Shown piece by piece: positions 56,098 to 64,000 of a stretch of 64,000 nt of DNA. The position numbers and the translations under genes were made by a program. This stretch comes from Candidatus Eiseniibacteriota bacterium (GTDB lineage: Bacteria > Eisenbacteria > RBG-16-71-46), in assembly GCA_963707915.1 (NCBI GenBank), contig OY970178.1, positions 3,321,599-3,385,598 of the forward strand, read 5' to 3'. The stretch's first letter is position 1; each line of letters starts with the position of its first letter. A model generated the notes under the pieces. The model did not search any database, was not told where the DNA came from, and worked only from the letters and a program-made list of their open reading frames with translations.

Positions 56098-57618
56098 CTA
56101 ACGGAGGCGTGGCAACGGGGTCCGCACCCGGTAGTACCGTTGATTCCCGCGGCGCACTTCGATGAGGTCTTCTCTGATGGCGCCCCGCAGTCGACCAATC
56201 CGTTTTCGTGCCGCCTCCAGACTGCGGATCCCCTTCAGGTCGTGCTTGACATCGTAGCTGCGAGCTTCGTGTTGGCCGTCGGCCTGACGATCGAGTAGAT
56301 ACCGAAGCAGCTCGACCTCTGAGCGACGGATCTTGCTTACGGCCTCTCCCGTGCTCAGGTCGCAGACGGTCCCGCTCTGTGGACGGACCAAGTGGCTCGC
56401 CAGCTGTATCTCCGGCTCCTGCAAGTTGCGGAGTTGAAGCACTAAGTCCGTCACGGCCCGCTGGAAGTCCTTGAGCCGGAATGCCTGCTGGTATGGATGC
56501 GGGCCCGTGAGCTCCACAACACGGTGGAGTGCTTTCTCCAACTTCTCGCGCGTTGAGTAGAGCATGCGCCTGCTGAGGTAGCGGGGCTCCCTGAGCAGGT
56601 CCTCAGCCAGTTGCCGGTAGAGGATCGCTTGGGGCGGGTCGAGGGACACGATCAGCGCCATGGCGCGGCCGAAGAACTCCCGTGCTTTCTCGAGGTCCCC
56701 CTCGTGACCGCGCTCAAGGTGCAGCCGGGCCAAATCCTTCAGCGGGTAGACCATCATCCTCTTCATGGACATCTGCTCGGCGATGGCGAGCGCAGCCCGG
56801 AAGTCCTCCTCGGCGCCGCGCAAGTCGCCGCGAGCGAATCGAAGGTCAGCGCGGCCCATGTAGGCAGCGTGCAACGTTCCCGGCATCGGTTCCTCGAGAC
56901 AGCCTGCAATCACGGCCTCGTAGATTGCGGCGGCTTCATCGAGCTTACCGAGCGTCTTGAGCACACCGGCGCGACGCTCATCGATCGTGCGCACCAAGCG
57001 GGGAGCGTTCAGCGGTAGCGCCAGTTCGCGGGCGCGCCGCTGCCACTCCAGGGCCTCGTCCGGGCGCTCAAGGACTGCCGACAGCCGCCCGACGTCCGAC
57101 GCCGTCGTCGCGGCGCGGCGCCACTGTTCGGTTTCGATGGCGCGACGGTGTGCCTCCACCATCCTCGCACGGGCGCGTTCAAAGTCGCCCTCAAGCTCGT
57201 AGCGGTGGGCGAAGAGCGCCTCCACGTCAGCCCCGCGACTGGCAAGCTTGGGACTCTTCTGAATCAGGCGTTGCAGTTCCTCCAGCGCCTGGCCGCCTTC
57301 AGCGAAACGAGCCTGCTGGTGAAGCATGAAGGCGCGGTGGTGGTAGGACGTGTAGATCTGCCAGGCCGGCGCGCGCTTCGCGGCGCTGTGACGCTCAAAC
57401 GCCCCGAACAAGCGCAGAGCATCTGTGTATTCCCCGCGCTGGTATGCCCCTTCCGCTCGCACCCACAGCTCGTCGGCGGACGGTCCCGGCGGTTCCCCGG
57501 CCGACAGCGTGGACGCCAAGCGCATCACGGCGTCCGAGTCGCCGCGGTGGGCGGCGGCCAGAGCCTTCGTGATGGTGGCCTTGGGGCTGGTGGGCATGGT
57601 CAGTATCTCCACATCCAT
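56098..57618 (-). CDS. TPR-repeat protein with a C-terminal OmpR/PhoB-type winged helix
   Basis: AGGAGAGG RBS before ATG 57618. Multiple 34-aa TPR-like repeats. C-terminus 'EVELLRYLLDR...RKRIGRLRGAIREDLIEVRRGNQRYYRV'. Confidence 0.6.
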   Translation of the reverse strand: MDVEILTMPTSPKATITKALAAAHRGDSDAVMRLASTLSAGEPPGPSADELWVRAEGAYQRGEYTDALRLFGAFERHSAAKRAPAWQIYTSYHHRAFMLHQQARFAEGGQALEELQRLIQKSPKLASRGADVEALFAHRYELEGDFERARARMVEAHRRAIETEQWRRAATTASDVGRLSAVLERPDEALEWQRRARELALPLNAPRLVRTIDERRAGVLKTLGKLDEAAAIYEAVIAGCLEEPMPGTLHAAYMGRADLRFARGDLRGAEEDFRAALAIAEQMSMKRMMVYPLKDLARLHLERGHEGDLEKAREFFGRAMALIVSLDPPQAILYRQLAEDLLREPRYLSRRMLYSTREKLEKALHRVVELTGPHPYQQAFRLKDFQRAVTDLVLQLRNLQEPEIQLASHLVRPQSGTVCDLSTGEAVSKIRRSEVELLRYLLDRQADGQHEARSYDVKHDLKGIRSLEAARKRIGRLRGAIREDLIEVRRGNQRYYRVRTPLPRLR

Positions 57619-57916
57619 TCTACCTCTCCTGCCGTTCGGCTCCATGTGGACAAGACATGCGTGTAGGTCCGTTGTCCAGTCGAGCCGCCGTACACCCCGA
57701 CACTGGATCTCGGAGGGCAAGACACCGAGGTCCAGCTCAAGCCGGGGTGAGCTCCCGCGACGGCGTGACGCACACGACCGTCCGCAGCACCGCGAAGACG
57801 CGCTTCAGAAGTCCCACACGAGGGTCACGACCATGAACGCGAACAGGGTGCTGGTGGGCGACGACCGGGATCTGATTCCGGCTGGCGGCTTCCACTAGCA
57901 GTAGCTCCCGGGCCGG

Positions 57917-58348
57917 GTGGCGGCACTCCGCCGTCGCCCGGCGGCCCGGGAACCTGGGCGCGGTTCTAATCGGGAGGGCATTGAGTTGTGGTGGCTGATC
58001 GGTCTGCTAGCGGCGCTGGCGGCATCCACCCAAGACAGCACCCGGAACACGGGGGTCAGCGCAGCGAGAAGCCCAGTGTCTGATAACTCGCGCCTGTTGA
58101 CCTACCGCTCCCGCGACGGCCGCTCCTTCTTCCGGTTCCGCTTCTCGCCATTTGGCGCCGGCGTGCGGATCTTCATCCTCGAGTTCCCAAATCCACAGAT
58201 CGGCTCCTGCCACGTGCTGCACGACGACCGCGGCGCGGCCTACATCTGCTGGTCACGGGCCATCAACTCCCTGTCTGACGCGAAGGCGGTCGCAGCGCTC
58301 TGGGCCGAGGCAACGCTCGTCTACCAGCGCACCGGCCACGTCTTCTAA
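57917..58348 (+). CDS. E2 (UBC-fold)-like protein
   Basis: 'FRFRFSPFGAGVRIFILEFPNP...HVLHDDRGAAYICW' mimics the HPN...G.IC catalytic loop. The start is uncertain (GTG 57917, or TTG 57986 after GGGAGGG). Confidence 0.45.
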   Translation: MAALRRRPAAREPGRGSNREGIELWWLIGLLAALAASTQDSTRNTGVSAARSPVSDNSRLLTYRSRDGRSFFRFRFSPFGAGVRIFILEFPNPQIGSCHVLHDDRGAAYICWSRAINSLSDAKAVAALWAEATLVYQRTGHVF

Positions 58349-59880
58349 TGGAGGCTACCAACTTGATCAAGTTGAGCATCGTTTCGCACGGCCTCGTCTT
58401 GAAGGAGGGGGGATTCGGCCCTGCTGTGGCAGAGCCCGCCCAGGTGATGCGGTTCACCGCATCCGCGCACCGTCAGATCATGGGCGCGATCGGCACGAAG
58501 GAGCCCGAGAACGGGATGCCGCTCGGTGGCGACCCGGGCGACGGCATCGTCCGCCACGTCATCTTCGACGACAGCGGCGAGCGGTCCAGCGGCACCTACT
58601 CGCCCGACCATGTCCGCCTGACCGCACTGCTGGACGATTGGTGGAGGCCTTCGGGGATCCGCCTGCTGGGGTTTGTCCACTCGCATCCGGGCCGATTCGC
58701 GCGCCCTTCCGACGGGGATCTGAAGTACGCCGGCGAGATCCTCGAGGCCAACCCGCACCTCAACCGGTTCCTGATGCCCATCGTGACCGTTGAGCCAAAG
58801 CCGGTCGTGCACCCGTTCGTCGTGGTCCGGACTGCCAGGGGCGTCGTGGTGAAGCCGGCTGTGCTGGAGGTCCTCGACGAGGTGCTGGTCGCGCCGGGGG
58901 AGAAGGCCACGCCGCCGGTGAAGACCGTGACCAAGACGGAGTCGCCCCGTGCCATCCGTGAGGCGACCTTCCAGCGGGTGGTTAGGGCTTACGACCTCCC
59001 GCACCTGCGCTACTGCCGCGTGGTCGTTCCTGGTGATGGGGGTGCTGCTGGCTACGTCGAGGATCTCGTGCGGGCGGGCATCCACGACCTAGTGCTCATT
59101 GATCCCGATGTTGTCACTGCCACGAACCTCGCCACCCAGCAGGTCTACCGCCGAGACCTGGGCCGGCCAAAGGTCGAGGCGCTCGCCGACCGACTGCGTG
59201 ACATCAACCCTGCCGTCGAAGTGCTGGCCATCCAGCGGGACTTTAATGAGTTCACCGACGCCGAGATCGAATCGTTGCTCGGGCTCGACTGCGCCCGACC
59301 CCCGATCCGCACGCTCGTGTGCGGCTGCACCGACAACTTCTACGCCCAGGCGCGCGTCAACCGCGTCGGCCTGCAGTTCGGCGTGCCCACGCTCTGTGCG
59401 CAGGTCTACGCCGAGGGCCGGGGCGTCGAGATCACCTTCACCTACCCGGGCATCACCCCGGCATGCCATCGCTGCGTCCTGCGGTCGCGCTACGACGCCT
59501 ACCTGAAGGAGGGCTACACCAACACCGTGACGTCCGACGGCACGCCGGTCGGCTGCACGACACGGCTGAACGCGACCAAGTTCTTCGTGGCCATGGCCTT
59601 GCTGCACCACGGCACGGCGCATCCGCGCTGGGGCCGGACGCTGGAGCGCATCGGGAACCGCAACCTGGTGCAGCTGCGGCTTGACCCCGACTTGGAACTC
59701 CCGGTGTTCGACCGCGTGCTGGCCGGAGACAGGGCTCGCATCTTCACGGACGAGGCCGTGTGGCTCCCGCAGTTGCCCGAAGGCCGGGCTACCGGGCGCG
59801 CCCCTTGTCCCGACTGTGGCGGTACGGGCGACCTGCGTGCGGCCATCGGCTCAATCCCGGACACCCGGCTGCCCCGATGA
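58348..59880 (+). CDS. JAB/MPN metalloprotease fused to a ThiF/E1 adenylation domain
   Basis: 'GFVHSHPGRFARPSDGDL' JAMM motif. 'VVVPGDGGAAGYVEDL', 'LIDPDVVTATNLATQ', Zn sites 'CHRC' and 'CPDCGG'. TAATG overlap with the E2-like gene. Confidence 0.75.
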   Translation: MEATNLIKLSIVSHGLVLKEGGFGPAVAEPAQVMRFTASAHRQIMGAIGTKEPENGMPLGGDPGDGIVRHVIFDDSGERSSGTYSPDHVRLTALLDDWWRPSGIRLLGFVHSHPGRFARPSDGDLKYAGEILEANPHLNRFLMPIVTVEPKPVVHPFVVVRTARGVVVKPAVLEVLDEVLVAPGEKATPPVKTVTKTESPRAIREATFQRVVRAYDLPHLRYCRVVVPGDGGAAGYVEDLVRAGIHDLVLIDPDVVTATNLATQQVYRRDLGRPKVEALADRLRDINPAVEVLAIQRDFNEFTDAEIESLLGLDCARPPIRTLVCGCTDNFYAQARVNRVGLQFGVPTLCAQVYAEGRGVEITFTYPGITPACHRCVLRSRYDAYLKEGYTNTVTSDGTPVGCTTRLNATKFFVAMALLHHGTAHPRWGRTLERIGNRNLVQLRLDPDLELPVFDRVLAGDRARIFTDEAVWLPQLPEGRATGRAPCPDCGGTGDLRAAIGSIPDTRLPR

Positions 59881-59963
59881 AGCTGTCCACCTCGACCCTG
59901 GACTCGTGCGCCGTCGCGACGGCGGTCTCCCTGTCGGTCGCGCCCGGGAGGACCTCGAGCTAG

Positions 59964-60569
59964 ATGCGCCGCCAGTACGCCCTCATCTATGCCGACCCGC
60001 CGTGGCGCTACAACAGCAAGCGCCACGGCTACGGTGGCGCCGAGGACCATTACCCGACGATGGCCTTGGAGGACATCAAGGCCATCCGGGTACCGGCGGC
60101 TGATGACTGCGCGCTGTTCCTTTGGGCCACCATGCCCTTGCTCCGACAGGCGTTCGAGGTCATCGACGCCTGGGGCTTCAAGTACAAGACCACGGCGTTC
60201 TGCTGGATGAAACAGACGAAGTCCGGCGTCGGCCTGGTCACGGGCCTTGGCTTCTGGACCAGGTCGAACGCCGAGGTCTGTCTGTTGGCGACACGGGGAC
60301 GGCCGCGCCCCGTGTCCCACCGAGTCCACTCGGTCGTGATTGGTCCACGTCGACGTCACAGCCAGAAGCCAGACGAGGTCCGGGAGCGGATCGTGGAGCT
60401 GATGGGCAACGTGCCGCGGCTGGAGATGTTCGCCCGGTCGCGGACGCCCGGCTGGGACGCCTGGGGCAATGAGGTCAAGAGCTCAGTCCAGATCCAGGTG
60501 CCCGGGCTGGACAGCGCCGGGCGCACGGAGTCTGAACGGAGGTGGCGCCGGTGCTCGATCGCCTCCTGA
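59964..60569 (+). CDS. MT-A70-family DNA methyltransferase
   Basis: 'LIYADPPWRY', 'LFLWAT', 'WGFKYKTTAFCWMK', 'HSQKPDEV'. Confidence 0.8.
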   Translation: MRRQYALIYADPPWRYNSKRHGYGGAEDHYPTMALEDIKAIRVPAADDCALFLWATMPLLRQAFEVIDAWGFKYKTTAFCWMKQTKSGVGLVTGLGFWTRSNAEVCLLATRGRPRPVSHRVHSVVIGPRRRHSQKPDEVRERIVELMGNVPRLEMFARSRTPGWDAWGNEVKSSVQIQVPGLDSAGRTESERRWRRCSIAS

Positions 60570-60922
60570 AGCTGATCGTCACCCTGACCCTGCTGTTCTT
60601 CCTGCTGCAGGCGGTCATCGGAGTCCTGGTCCGCGTCCTTGACGCGGCCCTCCATGGGGCCGCCTCCGCCCTCGGGCACGCTGGGAACTTCCTCGGCAAC
60701 GTTCTGGTGATCGTAGTGGAGGTCATCTTCTTGGTCGGGCTCATCGTCCGAGGGGCGCAGTTCGTTGCCAACCGGGATCCTCGTGCAGCTCGGGAACGAG
60801 CGACACGAGATCGAGCCGTTCGCCAGCGTGTCCGCCGTCCGACCGAAGGCGTGCCGCCGGTCGAGAGTCACGCCGAGGTGCTGGACGACCCCGACCCGGC
60901 TATCGGGGAGGAGCGCGAATGA
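60542..60922 (+). CDS. Small membrane protein (hypothetical)
   Basis: Two hydrophobic helices. ATGA overlap with the downstream ATPase. Confidence 0.4.
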   Translation: MAPVLDRLLKLIVTLTLLFFLLQAVIGVLVRVLDAALHGAASALGHAGNFLGNVLVIVVEVIFLVGLIVRGAQFVANRDPRAARERATRDRAVRQRVRRPTEGVPPVESHAEVLDDPDPAIGEERE

Positions 60923-62472
60923 TGGTCGAGCATCTCGCCGCCCAGCTGCGCCGGCTCCTCAAGGGCTCCGAAGCGGACACCGCGAGGCGTTGGCACGCCA
61001 CCACCGAGCGCGCGCGGAACGCCGACGCTCACGCCCGCCGCGACGCGTTTCTTCGCCAGATGCGCGCCACGCCCGGGGACGGGAAGGTGCTGCTCGGCCG
61101 CGCGCAAGCGCGCGAGGGCGAGTTCCAGTGGTGCGGCATGCCGCTGCCGACACTCTGCTCCATGCACCTCGGCATCTCTGGCGCGACTGGCACGGGCAAG
61201 AGCTTCATGGTCGCATCGCAGCTCTTTCAGCTCGTCACGCTCGGCGTGCCGGTCATCCTCACGGACATGAAGTCTGAACTCGCCGACCTGATGTTGAACG
61301 TGGTCGTCCCCGCGGTCGTTGCCCGCGGTATGGAAGATCTGATCGACCGGGTGCGCGTCGTTCGTCCATTCGATGCAGGGCGCGTGCCCTTGCTCCGTCT
61401 GACTGAGCCTGAGCCTCGAGTCTCTCGGCAGATCCAGAGCATGAACATCGCCCAGGGCCTGAGCGAATCCGTCGGCGAGGGGCTGGGTGTGCGCATGTTG
61501 CGGGCGATGTTGCCCATGGCGGGCTTGGCCGTGGAGCGCAACTTGCCGCTCCCGGTGTTGACGGACTGGCTGCGCTCGCCTGAGGTATTCGCGCGGGCGG
61601 CAGCCTCGTCTTCCGATCCGATCGTCCGCTCGTATGCTCTTCACGAACTGCCGCGAGAGAACCGTAGCTCGCTGGACGCGCTTCGGGCCCGGCTCGACCT
61701 GCTCTTCCACCTGCCCGAAGTGCGCGATGCGTTGTCCGCTCCGCGCTGCCTGTCGTTCGATGACGCTCTCGACTCGGGCGTGACCATCCTGGACTTCGGC
61801 TCGCCTCCGGGCGGCGCCGAGGACGCCATGAAGTTCATCGCCGGTCCGGTCGCGGGCCGGTTAGGGCGCGCTATCCTCTCGCGGCAGGTGTCGGATAACA
61901 CGCCCCCCGCGGTCGTCGCGTTCGAAGAATTCCAGCAACTCCTCAGCTCGTATCAGGTCGAGATGTACAAGCGTCTACTGGCGCTTTGCCGTTTCAAACG
62001 CGTCTGTCTGTGGTTCTCGAACCAGCAGCCGGCCCAGATCGCTGAGGCAGACCGGACGCTGCTGCGCATCCTGCGCACCAACCTCGGAGCCGAGTGCATC
62101 TTCCGCTCGTCGGTCGAGGACGCCCGCACTCTGTCCGAGGGGCTCTCGACGCGTTCCGCCGACGAGACGTTGACGCAGGCGCGCAGCCGAGTCGTCGAAG
62201 AGATCGCAACGCTCCCGAAGCGTTCGTTCTTCTTCTGGTTGCGAGATTCCGCGTTCGGGCCACAGCGGCTACAGAGCCCGCGCGTCAACATCGGTGCGCT
62301 CAAGGCGTCTGCGGCGTCGCTCACGCCCGAGCAACGCGAGCGCATTCGCCTCGGCACCGTCTCGATCGAGCGGCCGGTGGACAACCCGTCGCCTACGCCC
62401 GCGCCCGAACCGGATCCCCGGGTTGCGCCACTTCCCCCACAGAAGCGCCGCCGGGCGCCGCGGCTGGGGTAG
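60919..62472 (+). CDS. TraD/VirD4-like (T4CP / DUF87-type) P-loop ATPase
   Basis: Walker A 'GISGATGTGKS', Walker B-like 'PAVVAFEEFQ'. It sits beside the relaxase-like gene. Confidence 0.55.
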   Translation: MMVEHLAAQLRRLLKGSEADTARRWHATTERARNADAHARRDAFLRQMRATPGDGKVLLGRAQAREGEFQWCGMPLPTLCSMHLGISGATGTGKSFMVASQLFQLVTLGVPVILTDMKSELADLMLNVVVPAVVARGMEDLIDRVRVVRPFDAGRVPLLRLTEPEPRVSRQIQSMNIAQGLSESVGEGLGVRMLRAMLPMAGLAVERNLPLPVLTDWLRSPEVFARAAASSSDPIVRSYALHELPRENRSSLDALRARLDLLFHLPEVRDALSAPRCLSFDDALDSGVTILDFGSPPGGAEDAMKFIAGPVAGRLGRAILSRQVSDNTPPAVVAFEEFQQLLSSYQVEMYKRLLALCRFKRVCLWFSNQQPAQIAEADRTLLRILRTNLGAECIFRSSVEDARTLSEGLSTRSADETLTQARSRVVEEIATLPKRSFFFWLRDSAFGPQRLQSPRVNIGALKASAASLTPEQRERIRLGTVSIERPVDNPSPTPAPEPDPRVAPLPPQKRRRAPRLG

Positions 62473-62485
62473 GGAGGACTCTTGC

Positions 62486-62803
62486 GTGCGAGAACTCCAA
62501 ACTGTGCTCCGGCTTCTGCGAGCCGTCTTGGGGATTGCCCTGTGGTGCGCGGGCACGGCGTGGCTCGGTGTCACGACGCTCTGGCGTGCGGGCATGTTGC
62601 TTTCGCGATTCAAGGCCATCTCCGCCCAGGTACGGCTCTGCCCCCGTGGGCACGAGGTGCCGGTCTACAGGCTGTGGGACTGCCACTGCGGCAGCCGAGT
62701 CGAGGGCTGGGCATTCGCGCCCTGCTCGATCTGCCGCGAGACGGCCGGCTACGTCCCATGCCCGACCTGTGGCCTGCCCGTGAGGAATCCACTCCTGCCA
62801 TGA
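62486..62803 (+). CDS. TM + zinc-ribbon small protein
   Basis: AGGGAGGA RBS 8 nt before GTG 62486. 'CPRGH...CHCG...CSIC...CPTCG'. Confidence 0.4.
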   Translation: MRELQTVLRLLRAVLGIALWCAGTAWLGVTTLWRAGMLLSRFKAISAQVRLCPRGHEVPVYRLWDCHCGSRVEGWAFAPCSICRETAGYVPCPTCGLPVRNPLLP

Positions 62804-63588
62804 CCCCGCTCGTCCGTCGTCAGCCCCGCCATCACCGTCGCCGCGGCGTCGCCGTTCAGCTCACTGAGCGAGACGGAGCGGTGCTCCACGCCCTTGGTCG
62901 CTTCAGGCTTGCCCGGACGTCAGACCTCGTGGCCTACGCCTTCGCCGGAGTCCGGAAAGACACGGCCGCAGTCCGGCTCCGGCGGCTGTTCGACGGCCGC
63001 TTCCTGGCCGTGCTGCCGCCCGAGCAGGGCAAAGAGAACGTCTACCGCTTGGGGCCGGCCGGGAAGGTCCACCTCGCCGAGGAGGGAGTCGGTGTCGGTC
63101 GTGTTCCCCGTGGAGGACTCGAGCACCACCTCGCCATCGTCGAAACCTGGGTCGCCGTCGCCGGGCTCGACCGCCTCGAACTCGAGCGCGCTCTGCCCGA
63201 CTGGGAGCTTCGCGAGCAGTTCAATACCGCCGAGCTGCACGTCGTGCCTGACCTCTTCCTTCTCGTCCGCGTTGGCGAACGGCAACACGCCGTCGCCGTC
63301 GAGGTCGACCGTGGCACCGAGTCGCTGGCCGTCCTCAACCGAAAGCTGGAGGCATATCGCTCGCTCTGGGGGCAGGCGCCTGGGCTGTTCGGCTACCGGC
63401 AGTTCGGCATCGCGCTCGTCTGCCACACCCCGGCCCGTCGTGCCCAGCTCGCCTCCGCACTCAAGAGAGCATGGGTTGTTCCGCATGTGTTGTGGACGTG
63501 TTCTGAAGGGCCGAATACCGCTGTGCATCAGCTCATTCAGGGATTGCTGGCTCCCCTTGAGGCCTCCCCTTACCCCAAGGGGACCTGA
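62800..63588 (+). CDS. Replication-relaxation (Replic_Relax) family protein
   Basis: 'LTERDGAVLHALGRFRLARTSDL', 'LEHHLAIVETWVAV', 'PDLFLLV...AVAVEVDRGTES'. Confidence 0.6.
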   Translation: MTPLVRRQPRHHRRRGVAVQLTERDGAVLHALGRFRLARTSDLVAYAFAGVRKDTAAVRLRRLFDGRFLAVLPPEQGKENVYRLGPAGKVHLAEEGVGVGRVPRGGLEHHLAIVETWVAVAGLDRLELERALPDWELREQFNTAELHVVPDLFLLVRVGERQHAVAVEVDRGTESLAVLNRKLEAYRSLWGQAPGLFGYRQFGIALVCHTPARRAQLASALKRAWVVPHVLWTCSEGPNTAVHQLIQGLLAPLEASPYPKGT

Positions 63589-63594
63589 CCAGTC

Positions 63595-63834
63595 ATGCGA
63601 TCCGAGCGAGCAGAGCCTAACGACGAAGGTCGTGCTCTTGATCCGGCTGAAGCCGAGCGCGAACGAACTCTGCCGCACCTCCTCACGCTACCCGAGGTGG
63701 CGGTGTTCCTGAGCGTCAGCCCAAAGACCGTCCGGCGGTTGGTCAGTCGCGGTCTGCCGTGCGTACGTCTGGGCCGGGTGGTACGTTTCCGGCAGGCGGA
63801 CCTTCTCCGGTTCGTGGAGGCACGGAAGGAATAG
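63595..63834 (+). CDS. xis: Excisionase-family HTH protein
   Basis: 'LLTLPEVAVFLSVSPKTVRRLVSRGLPCVRLGRVVRFRQADLLRFV'. Confidence 0.7.
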   Translation: MRSERAEPNDEGRALDPAEAERERTLPHLLTLPEVAVFLSVSPKTVRRLVSRGLPCVRLGRVVRFRQADLLRFVEARKE

Positions 63835-63837
63835 CCG

Positions 63838-64000
63838 ATGCCAAAACGAATTCGGAACTTGGTCAAGCGCGGGAAGACGTACGTCTACCGCTACAAGGTG
63901 AACGGCAGGACGGTCAGGCGAGTCCTCGGGGATGACTACGAGGAAGCTTGCCGACTGCTGCGCTCATTGAAAACCGATGTGACCCAGCCCGGTCCGGACG
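63838..64000 (+). CDS. int: Tyrosine integrase, N-terminal fragment (continues beyond the window)
   Basis: 'MPKRIRNLVKRGKTYVYRYKVNGRTVRRVLG' is an arm-binding-type N-terminus. Its position directly after xis supports the call. Confidence 0.5.
   Translation, partial: MPKRIRNLVKRGKTYVYRYKVNGRTVRRVLGDDYEEACRLLRSLKTDVTQPGPD

Larger units (their letters stand above)
16334..64000. mobile_element. Integrative mobilisable genomic island (composite, defence-loaded); right end outside the window
   Basis: GC drops right after the M14 gene. tRNA-half repeats, an IS relic, a serine recombinase, the T4CP/Replic_Relax/xis/int module and decayed ICE-type genes (RadC, DUF932, Cas4-like) all lie within it. 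Confidence 0.65.

Overview
The window joins a high-GC (about 70%) chromosomal segment of a diderm bacterium to a large genomic island.

Core segment (1-15.75 kb): TonB-C protein, di-haem cytochrome c peroxidase plus a CxxCH outer-membrane barrel, an FNR-like regulator, a DUF5916-like outer-membrane protein, an IorAB-like molybdoenzyme and an M14 peptidase.

Island (about 16.3 kb to beyond the window end, more than 47 kb): lower and patchy GC, mostly 55-65% by eye, with one roughly 40% GC gene. Its left side carries two identical 42-bp copies of a tRNA-Ser(CGA) 5' half. Its right side ends in a mobilisation and integration module: T4CP-like ATPase, Replic_Relax protein, excisionase, tyrosine integrase.

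Island cargo, almost entirely defence-type:
- PARIS-like AriA/AriB pair
- HTH-SF2 helicase + Zn-ribbon + PIN-like triad
- patatin + CD-NTase (CBASS type I-like)
- one tight operon: LexA-like repressor, second CD-NTase, Cap15-like 2TM effector, ubiquitin-like protein, E2-E1 fusion, DUF6527-like protein
- a transmembrane NACHT-HEAT STAND NTPase beside a radical-SAM/methyltransferase/SDR cluster
- a lone 485-aa PD-(D/E)XK protein
- a Dam / ParB-like / PRTase-like trio
- a type I R-M system (hsdR-S-M)
- an E2-like + JAB-E1 pair

Most unusual structural signal: five copies of the 3' end of a large serine recombinase gene, sharing a TTCGAA-centred core. One copy is intact and four are relics. They bracket the defence cargo like cassettes.

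Caveat: several high-GC stretches (0.5-3 kb, 34.7-36.4 kb, 45.4-48 kb) contain many single-nucleotide frameshifts inside otherwise well-conserved genes. These are either assembly indels or recent pseudogenisation. All family assignments come from motif recognition by eye, not from searches.
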